Assembly (NCBI GenBank): GCA_963765895.1
Contig: CAVXZB010000084.1
Coordinates: forward strand, 480,001 to 544,000
Origin: an uncultured Nitrososphaeraceae archaeon
GTDB taxonomy: Archaea > Thermoproteota > Nitrososphaeria > Nitrososphaerales > Nitrososphaeraceae
Length of the DNA stretch: 64,000 nt
Direction of reading: 5' to 3'
The notes below the pieces were generated by a model. That model saw only the letters and a program-made list of their open reading frames with translations. It searched no databases and was not told the origin of the DNA. Below are positions 55,291 through 64,000 of the stretch, one piece after another (positions within the stretch are counted from its first letter, which is position 1; each line of letters begins with the position of its first letter). The translations under genes and the position numbers were made by a program.

Positions 55291-58070
55291 CTATGCGAAT
55301 TCCCTTATAGTCTCTCTAATCTCTGCGCCAATCTCCGACCCTTCATAATCAGTATACGTCTCATTCCTAACCCCATCCTCAGGTTTAGCCTCGGAGGTAT
55401 CTGTTCCATAATTGGTGTTAGTTGTGCATGCGTTAAGAGTATCGAATGTTTTTAACTTTGTTTGACTCTCTACTGTAAGGTCGTCAATTTTTACATCTAA
55501 TATATTCAACAACTTATGCACTCTTACGACTGCTATCTGTTTACCATGTGATTTCATCATCTTTCCATCAAAATAGGCTGCAAATGTGCTCAGATTGGGT
55601 AATTGCTCGGTTGTTACTCCCTCCGCTTGTAATTCTCTTATTACACCGCTATAGAACCCGTAGTTTCCAGTAGCTTTATGGTCTGACGGACTTCTCATCT
55701 CTTTACAAAATGGCAGGAGTTTATTATCAACCAGAAACCCAAGTCAATCATATGCATTCTTGTAAGTGTCAAATGCAAGGCTGCCCTTCAGGTTCTTCAT
55801 TTTATTGATAATCATGGTTTCAAATGCCACTATTACGGCGTCTTTCGCATCTGACAGCGATTCTTCTAGGAAGACCTGTTTTAACTCCTTATCAAACCAT
55901 TGTGGTATTTGCCTGTTATTATCTGTCTTGTATGTGGCTTCTAGTATTAATCTGGCCTTTTGAAAAGATGTTAGTTTCTTATCTAGTATGATTGCTTCGT
56001 TATCTGCGATAATCCTGTTTCTGAGTCTGCCTATAACATGTAGTTTATGAAGGTTTGGTACAATTTCGTTGTCAAATTTCTGAGCATCTTTACGTCCCTT
56101 CAAATGTGTTTCATGGATTGAATGGTGTCTTATGGCAAGTCTTTTCATCAATGCTGCGTTTTGGAATGGTGGCGGCTGGTTGCTAGTCATTATCAAGGCC
56201 GACAGTGCAGGTATCTTTTCCTTCTCTCTTGACTGGCTTAGCACCTTTCTAGCAATTGGCTTATCTATCGCTGACTTGATAGCAGAGGTTAGTGTTGTAT
56301 TCTCCTTACCTGTTCGGTTGTCTATAAGTTCCATTTCATCACTAAGAATCGGAAACGTAGTCTTTGAAATGGTATCGCCTAATCTCGCAAGTGTATCAAC
56401 CTGAGACATACTAATGATATAGTCATCATCTGTCTCGTGTCCATCTACAGCAAGAACAACCTTTCCAGTTGAGGATTTGGTAGAATTTGGAGGTCCGTAG
56501 AAGTGCATCCACTCAAGTGTAGGTGATTTTATAACTTTGAATACGAAACTACATGGTGCTATTAATGCAAATTGTAAGGCATGTGCCAGTAGGTCTAGCC
56601 GACCCTTATAGATAGTCTTTGCTAGTAAGTCGATAAAGTCAAGTGCTTCTTTTAATTCTGTTGAATTTATGCACCCAGGCTCCGGTATATCAACACCGCT
56701 ATAGATTATCGAAGTTGCTTCTTCACTATTTGGAAAGAATCCAGTTACATCAATGTCATCGTTTTCCTCTAATAATTCTAGTTTTTCGAACCCTTTCCTT
56801 TGTGCGATAAGAGCAGCCTCTAAACCACGATCTGTTAATGCCTCAGTCTGCTTTAGTTTGCCGACTATCTCAGATAATGTTTTATGCTTTAGTGTGAAGT
56901 TACCCGACGGCTCCGAGCCACGGAATTCTATAGTAAATTTCTCTGGTATATCCAAGAACAGTAATGGATTTCTATGCTTGACTATCTTGATCGGCTTACA
57001 ACATAGAAATGTCCTCGTATTGTATACCTTGCATATTTTCTGTGATGGATCTTCGTCGCTATTCTCCCACTTATGAATAATTTCTTCAAGTTTGTTATCT
57101 GGCGTCGATACTATGAACTTGTCTGGATTGCTATTTATCTGGTAGGAAACACACCCGGCCATACCAGCAAATTTGTTACGCTTGGCTCTGACTTCCTCGT
57201 GTACCTTATCACGGTTCTCTCTAAATGTATCAATTGTCCACTTACACAGTCTGTCAAATTCCTCTCTTGAACGCGGCGGATTGCAGTGCTGCCAAGTGCC
57301 ATTCCCATGCTCTATTAAACTGTTGATCATCTGAATAGTTAAGCCATTCTCCAGAATATTTCCAGTAATAATGTATTATTTTGAACTTGGTAGCATCATG
57401 TCTGCCCTGATTTATACCTAGTATGGTATCTGGTTTATCTAGCCATTCAGTGTATCTCTGCTTATCGTCATCTGACATGTAATTTTTGGAAAGGGAGTCT
57501 ATCTTTGCTTGTGTTCTTAATAGGTCATTATTATCTATAATCTTAATGTCGGAGGTATCCAGTGGCCTATACCTGTTTCCGAGTTTATGTATCGAGGGCG
57601 ATGCAAAAAGTGCCTGTCGATCGCATCTTACCTCAAGGAGTGCATCTCCTATGTGGATTCGTCTGTTAACACCAAGAAGTCTTGTATGACTTTAGTATAG
57701 TGTGAATCTTTCCATCTTCAAAGTTATCATGCCATTCGACTCTTGTTCGCCTAGCAAGTGCTTTTACATGTTCCCATGTCTCTTCTTTGGTATCGCCCCC
57801 GAACCATGCTGTTATAGCATCCCAACCATCAAAATCTAGCGCAAATGTATAATGACTTCCAGATACGGTTTTACCCAGTACTATGCATATACCTTGATCA
57901 TATAGGCCGCTCTCTAACCGCTGTTTAAAATCTGCTTTAGAATAATCCTCTTCCTGCCACCCTTTCTTATCAACATGTTTATTCTTAGTATCTCCCTCAA
58001 AGATTGCAATATCATGAACATATGGCCATGATAATATTTTATCCTGGTCCTCTTGCGTCCAAATAGTCAT
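55291..58070 (-). pseudogene. Prim-Pol / PriCT-like / SF3-type helicase replication protein (about 920 aa reconstructed; two frameshifts and one in-frame TGA)
   Basis: FALDFDG..GKIH / LEVR..FASPSIHKLGNRY..QGRHD / HCNPPRSREE..FYGPPNSTKSSTG (Walker A)..ILSDE (Walker B)..IMTSN..KRL; TGA at 55744-55746 is in frame with 55291-55698. Confidence 0.82.
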
Positions 58071-58180
58071 CTTTTATTTAACACCTCCTCTGCTAGAACA
58101 AACAACAGCAAACGATACCGAGATATCCGATGCGGCGTTAAGTGATTCAGCACAACGATGCGGCCTCATATTGTCGTAGT

Positions 58181-58366
58181 CTAGTGATACATTTTTACCG
58201 TTCTTACATCATTATTTTTTATATGACAACCACAGCTACATCTAGTTTGGGAGGTAGTGCCTTCCATTAATAGAGCCCATCTATAACATAATGAATTCCT
58301 ATACTCCTGACTTAAGGGGTTGATGATAATTGGTATCAGTTTCAACTCAAATCTCTCTACCTGCAA
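58181..58366 (-). CDS. Small element-associated protein with CxCxCH motif
   Basis: RCSCGCH; lies within the operon. Confidence 0.45.
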   Translation of the reverse strand: MQVERFELKLIPIIINPLSQEYRNSLCYRWALLMEGTTSQTRCSCGCHIKNNDVRTVKMYH

Positions 58367-58480
58367 CTAGATAGGCACTTTCCATGCTCTCTCTTTTTCT
58401 TTCTATATTCTTCAAAGCATTCATAAATAAAATGTGGATCAACTAATCCCATTAGGTGAGTGTTCATCATACAATAGAAA

Positions 58481-58672
58481 TTATCGGGAGGTATTTTTCC
58501 ATCTAACTTTGTCCGCTGTGCGTAGAATTATTTGCCTACTTGCATTTATATACTGTGCATACACTTTGTATAGGTTTAAGTTACTCCTTCTGAATACGGT
58601 CTCGACCCTTTCATTTTTGCGCTTATCGGATTTAATCCTCTCTTTAGAGAGTTTGTCATTTGTATTAGCCAT
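58481..58672 (-). CDS. Small basic hypothetical protein of the element
   Basis: Start overlaps the upstream gene; 63 aa. Confidence 0.45.
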   Translation of the reverse strand: MANTNDKLSKERIKSDKRKNERVETVFRRSNLNLYKVYAQYINASRQIILRTADKVRWKNTSR

Positions 58673-58810
58673 TCACGGAACCACTTTTAATTACTACTTT
58701 CTTGCCATCGATAGTACATTTCAAAAATTCCCCTTTCTCATACCTAGTTCCACTGCAAATTGCTTTGGAGAAACAGAGGTAGGGCTGCGATTATAACTCT
58801 GAGTATTCAT
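58665..58810 (-). pseudogene. Second AbrB/MazE-like small protein (frameshifted)
   Basis: PKQFAVELG / EKGEFLKCTIDGKKVVIK. Confidence 0.6.
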
Positions 58811-59072
58811 CGATGATCTTTTCCTCTTTGCTTGAGTTACAAATCGTTAATGAAACGCCATTATCAGTTTCTGTTTCGTCGATCCATGTATCTTCGTTAA
58901 TTCTTAGACTTTTTACTAGCTCTGGATGTATAATTATGAGTGTTTTTCCTGAGACACAAAATACCTTCTTTCGGAACTTTCTAGGGGGTGTAATAGTAAC
59001 ACCTATATTCTCTTCCGTTGATAATGAGGATGTCACAGGCCCATCAGCTCCTTGCTGTTGCACCTCCGACAT
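58791..59072 (-). CDS. AbrB/MazE-like DNA-binding protein
   Basis: KVFCVSGKTLIIIHPELVKSLRINEDTWIDETETDNGVSLTI. Confidence 0.6.
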   Translation of the reverse strand: MSEVQQQGADGPVTSSLSTEENIGVTITPPRKFRKKVFCVSGKTLIIIHPELVKSLRINEDTWIDETETDNGVSLTICNSSKEEKIIDEYSEL

Positions 59073-59292
59073 TTGCCGCTACAAACTGACTGTGGTCACC
59101 AACCTGTGCAGATTGTAGCGGTTTTTGAATTTTATTACTAGAAATACGTATGCTCCGCTTGCACGATGGGCATGTCGCATACATAAAGAATCGCCCTCGG
59201 TACTGCCATTCATAGTTACCACAAATAGGATTTGGGCATCTGATCCATACTCCTGCTGTGGCTTTTTTGTATATTTTATCTTCTACATTCAT
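59044..59292 (-). CDS. Zinc-finger protein, first gene of the element operon
   Basis: CPNPIC..WQYRG..ATCPSC; TATATAAA shortly upstream. Confidence 0.7.
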   Translation of the reverse strand: MNVEDKIYKKATAGVWIRCPNPICGNYEWQYRGRFFMYATCPSCKRSIRISSNKIQKPLQSAQVGDHSQFVAANVGGATARS

Positions 59293-60197
59293 TTCATCTT
59301 ATTATCTCTTTATATAGCTAACGAATACTTCTAACTGTATTTATACTTTATACTTTATCTTTATCGTGTACTATCATAGTAACATAGCCATAAGAATTTT
59401 CATTGGTTACTAGGCCCACATAATGCTATCCATACTGTTACAGAATATTAGTATAAATGACTACAACTATATAGTTTTAGCAGAATAGGTATTTACTATG
59501 TACCATTGCAATAGTTATTTCTAAATTACGGCTATGGTTAATCTATAAAACAAGTACAATTTTGAATCTTTTACTCTTGAAGTACATTTATACAATTTTT
59601 CAATGGTACGGGTATGAAAATAGATATAATTTTAAAAGGGTCGATATCCTATAGGAGACTAATGAGTGAAATATAACTTTCGGCGTTTGTATCATATTTT
59701 ACGATAGACTGTTAGTATAGATTCAGTATATGAAAGAATAGTATTAATAATTATATGAGATAGTATCAATATATTAAAATAGCGATGTCAACCGGCTATG
59801 GCACAAGCCGACACAGGTCCTCTCATCACTTTCTTCTCCTTGTATCATCGGTCTTTCAATTCTGCATTTAATTCTGATTATGAACGTCGAAAGTCCTTAC
59901 TAAATTAGTCATAAATGGTGGTTGGAACTAGTGTCGCTACAAGTCATTATTCAAATTCAAATTCAAACAGTTAGATGCAGCAACATGCGGCGTAAATCTG
60001 AGGATGTTATTATGCACTATCTAAATTGCAAGAATATGGACAAATAATAGCTTGATCCATAGGTTGATGTGGTTTAACGTAGCTAGGCAAATAGTATATA
60101 AAAAATGGAATTTGAATTAATTTGAAAATGGAAATCGGCCGGCGAGCAAATAACAGTAATAGCCGGTAAAATAGCGCGCTGATAGTCTATGCTGGAT

Positions 60198-60785
60198 TTA
60201 ATGTGCTCTTACGGCTTCTGCAAGCTTGATAGGGTCTCTGAGTAGATCTAGGATTTCATTATGTGCAGTTTGCATTGCAGCGATCTGCTCCCTTAGATCC
60301 ATGACTTCCTTATCTCTAATTTGTTTCTGTAATAGTTTTGGATATCTGTTTAGTGTTAGTAAATCGATAGCCTTCAAGTAATCTTCTAGAACGTCTTGTT
60401 CTGTAGGTTTATAATAACTAGCTGAAACTCCAATATCATGCCCCATGGTGATCTCTACATTGATAGGTTTCATGACTTGTTCCGCATGAGTCTTGTAAAA
60501 CTTTCTCATTCCATGCACCCCCTTCCACTCTCTACGACAGACTCCTTGGGGAAGTGGTTTGAATAAACCTTGGGCGTGAATAGCGCGCTCTATCAGACTT
60601 TTTATTCCGCTGCTCTTTAGCCTCTTAGGATATGTAGCAAAACCAAACTTAGCACCATACTTGGTATCAATAGTCTGCCATAAATCTCTCATTAGCCATG
60701 ATTCCTCAGTTATCCTCTCGCCCTGCTGTATACGATAATCCATCCATTCTTTCAGAGCAGAGTATGCATCTGTATTCACTGTTAG
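60198..60785 (-). pseudogene. Tyrosine recombinase/integrase, C-terminal half only
   Basis: HGMRKFYKT (HxxR), MGHDIGVSASYY (His, catalytic Tyr); N-terminal half replaced by unrelated sequence. Confidence 0.88.
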
Positions 60786-60835
60786 CTTTGTACCACAACA
60801 AGCATCAGCATAGGGTAACCAAACTAGTGGAAGCA

Positions 60836-60916
<81 letters not shown>

Positions 60917-61533
60917 ACCAGACTAGTAGCAACTCAACTAGCGGCGGCGCACCAGCCGGTGGTAACACGACTGGTACTAGTGGCGGTAATCGTTATTAAC
61001 CACATTTACAGCAACTCGGCATCACAAAATTAGTGCACAGTAGAAAAGAATATATCACCTCATCTTGATTTTTTTTATCAAGAGTTTCTTCATAGGTAAG
61101 TTCTGTTGAAAAATGTCATTGCGTACTAATGAATTCTATAATATGTGGCATATGGCGCTCGCCATTCCCCGGCCAGCTACCAAGATTTGCGCATGCCAAT
61201 TCGTTCTTATATGTATGGGCAAGACGTCATAGATGTCAGAGTATCCATAGTACTTTATTGTTTTTCACATTATTAATACTGGCCAACATTACATTGTATC
61301 GTAGCTCTTTTCTTTGTTATACAGAATTGAATATGTACTATGGATACTATGATGGACAAGATATCGGTTGCTTTTTGAGCGGATTTTTGCCAGAATTGGA
61401 AACCAGAAGCGTCGGGGGACTTTCTGCGTTGCCAGCGGTGGATTCTGATTAAATGGTTTTATATGGGATTTAAGCCCATTAAATACCAACGTATATATGA
61501 GCTGGGTGCTAATAAGATAGTAGATGAAATGAA

Positions 61534-62022
61534 ATGGTAGATAATAATAAATCTAAAGACGAAATAATTACTACATCAACTAGGTCAGCTGAAGCGACTA
61601 ACTTTTATGACACTGTAAGACAAAATTGCATTAGAATAGTAGACGAGTTTGCAAAGGCTCAACCGCAATGTTCGCAATCGGTGTCTAATCTACAGCTTAA
61701 TTGCATTGCCGCAGCAAAGGACAGTATCAAAAGTATGGTTTCAGCTCACAGGCTGTTAGCAAGTAACGGAAACGTTCCACCAGTTGTAACACCGTCATAC
61801 ACGGATGAATTTGTAAAGCAATCAAACGAGATCACCGAGAACATAGTCAAAGCAGTTAGTATAAACAACCAGTTGACAGTCAACGCGATAAATGCAGCAG
61901 CAGAAAACTTCAGAACCCTTAATCGAACAATCGAGTCTGTGACAGAATATAACACCAATACCGCAAATGCTTGGAATTCATTCGCCACAGTTCAACAACA
62001 ACCGTTCCTCCACAAACAATAA
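61534..62022 (+). CDS. Helical Asn/Gln/Ala-rich protein, possibly phasin-like
   Basis: 162-aa amphipathic ORF; TATA-like GTATATATGA upstream and poly-T immediately after the stop. Confidence 0.7.
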   Translation: MVDNNKSKDEIITTSTRSAEATNFYDTVRQNCIRIVDEFAKAQPQCSQSVSNLQLNCIAAAKDSIKSMVSAHRLLASNGNVPPVVTPSYTDEFVKQSNEITENIVKAVSINNQLTVNAINAAAENFRTLNRTIESVTEYNTNTANAWNSFATVQQQPFLHKQ

Positions 62023-62494
62023 TTTTTTTTGTGTCCATTTTCTTTGTTTAAATGTTTATAGTATACATTTTTTGATTTAATCTAAAATGCAGCCATTGAG
62101 AGAATATGACGATTTATGCACGGTTTATGCATATGCCAGTGTTGTTTCTGTGTCTGCAAGGCTAAAATAGCAGATATTAAAACTACTAAAACTTACAATC
62201 GACTGAACTCATATAGATGCTATAGATGATGGCCGTTCTAGAAAAATTATTAAAGATAATGTGTATTAGTCGTATAATGACTAATGATGAGATGCGTGAA
62301 ATACAGGCACAGCAAGATGAACTAACCCGTAAACTTAATGAAAAAATTTCTGATGACCTGAGAACAGGAGCAGGCAGACTCGAATATAAAATTAGGTGAT
62401 TTGATGAGTGCGATGGCCCATAAATTAACAGCCGATTGGTATTCATCTATGCTAGTAATGACAATGCATTAGGTTACTTTATCCTAATTTTTGT

Positions 62495-62930
62495 TTTTGA
62501 ATTATGGAATAACTTAACACGCTGTACTTGCATAGGTATCTTGTAAAATTTTGTTCAATTCATTTCTGGAAGTATCATTCAGTGCGTCAAAGTTACCTGT
62601 AAATTCTACAATACACATATCATCGTCTTCTTTAAGGGCAGTAACAGTCACCTTATTTACTAGGTCTTCAAATGGTGTTTTTGGTGCACTTGCAATTCTC
62701 TATGTCATTGTTCTATCGTGGTCATTTAGCGATGTAAGTATCTCTATGGTCTCTGATACTATTTTGCCTCCATCTACAGATACATAACATGTGTGTTTAG
62801 CTCCTATTCCATATCCATCCACCTTTGACGATGTTACCAGAGGATTAAACTTCCCACTTCCACCAAAAGACTTTAGAGTTGTCCACACGTCTTCTGCAGG
62901 TGCATTTATTACAATGGATCTGGATGGCAT
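62495..62930 (-). pseudogene. SRPBCC/polyketide-cyclase family protein with an in-frame stop
   Basis: IVINAPAEDVW..FNPLV..GIGAKHTC..DRTMT*RIASAP..VEFTGNF. Confidence 0.8.
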
Positions 62931-63363
62931 GAAGGGATCAATGGTCTTTCCATCAGAGATGTTTCTAAAGATTAATTACATCTACCGCACGTATAAGAGC
63001 GAGCAGCCAAGTGTAATCCATGTAGGTAATCGAGAATGTAACCTATCTGCGCAATGTAACAATTAGTTATAAAGACAAGTGGTAAAAATTTCTAAAAATA
63101 CAGATTCAAAGATGATAATAATTATACCATGTTAAAATATTACTTCATTTGGGTATTTTTCTAGTTTATCTAACCAATCAGATAATCCTCAATGTGATTC
63201 GTGTCCTGATACGATTTTTATTATCTTGCCTTTATTTATCAAATATAGACAAGATATAAGTCTGAAGCCTATATATTTTGTAATTAGTCACAATGTTCCG
63301 CAGGATTTGTTAATACAGCCGCAATTTAAAGCCCATTTTGCTGCATAGATGTATATATATGGA

Positions 63364-64000
63364 ATGTTAGCAAATGAGTTAGTATGTAAATCATGTTATA
63401 AATTCTCCGATTTAATCACAGACACAGAGTCTGGAGAATTGATTTGCACAAATTATGGCATAGTTATTAGTAATGATAAGTCATCACAGGAGGTTACCCC
63501 AAAGTGGCGTGCATTTGATGCTAATCAAATGAGAGATAGAAATAGAGTAGGAATGCCCATGACATTAACACGTCACGATGGAGGGCTTTCCACAGTAATT
63601 GGAAGACCAGATAAGGGCTAGTGGACATGGGTTGGATAATTCAGTGAGTTCTATGATGCATAGATTAAGAACATGGGACTATAGAATTCAAGCTGGTTCA
63701 CCAACGGATAGAAGTCTTAAAAATGCGTTCCAGAAGCCTGACATACTAAAAGGGAAGCTGGGGTTGCCAGGTAATGTAATAGAAAAGGCAGCCTATATCT
63801 ATAGAAAAGTACAGCACCTGAGGATGGTTAGGGGAAGAACAATATCTGCTGCAATAGCAGCATCTATCTATATTGCTTCTAGGGAGGCTGGAGTTCCAAG
63901 AACATTAGCAGAGATAGCGTCTATTAGCAATGTATCATACAAGGAGATCTCAAAAGCATATAGACAAATAGTTTGGAATCTAGATTTAAAAGTTCCAATG
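63364..64000 (+). pseudogene. tfb: Transcription initiation factor IIB paralog, frameshift near 63616; runs off the window
   Basis: ITDTESGELIC..WRAF..RVGMP..HDGGLSTVIG / RLRTWD..EKAAYIYRK..VRGRTI..YIASRE..PRTLAEIA; one Zn-ribbon Cys is also lost. Confidence 0.9.

Larger units (their letters stand above)
55000..60785 (-). mobile_element. Decaying integrated element (replicase operon plus tyrosine integrase); boundaries approximate
   Basis: Co-oriented integrase, Zn finger, two AbrB-like genes, small ORFs and a primase-helicase; no att sites identified. Confidence 0.7.

Noticed and set aside
55744-55746. In-frame TGA in the replicase (and TAG at 62700-62702) as selenocysteine, pyrrolysine or readthrough
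   Set aside because: No recoding signals or machinery seen; the replicase also has frameshifts, so nonsense mutation is simpler

Overview
AT-rich archaeal DNA, most likely from a soil ammonia-oxidising thaumarchaeon (Nitrososphaeraceae-like). The evidence is a TFB gene, two F420-type LLM oxidoreductases, a class III PhaC, an Hrq1/SftH-type helicase and many small exported proteins; the taxon is inferred, not looked up. This is a low-coding-density accessory region. Intact genes include a sulfonate-type ABC binding protein, a dCache histidine kinase with a receiver protein, the helicase, cupins, a cyclase and a dioxygenase-like protein, scattered among many pseudogenes and gene remnants. Mobile DNA comprises a complete IS5-family (IS903-like) element with 18-bp IRs and a 9-bp TSD, an IS remnant, and a decaying integrated element (Prim-Pol/SF3-helicase replicase, AbrB and Zn-finger genes, truncated tyrosine integrase, putative iterons). 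The least explained signals are: (i) a roughly 1-kb transposase-less dispersed repeat in at least 7 partial copies, carrying a Zn-ribbon ORF, a convergent unknown ORF and a recurrent TCGCCGGC motif; (ii) a stand-alone 33-codon gene consisting of a signal peptide plus a pentapeptide (ALSSN), resembling peptide-pheromone precursors; (iii) a PhaC with a long PhaE-like N-terminal extension; (iv) a GC-rich fibre-like repeat protein. No rRNA, complete tRNA or CRISPR array was found. All family assignments come from motif recognition by eye, and many frameshifts need read-level confirmation.
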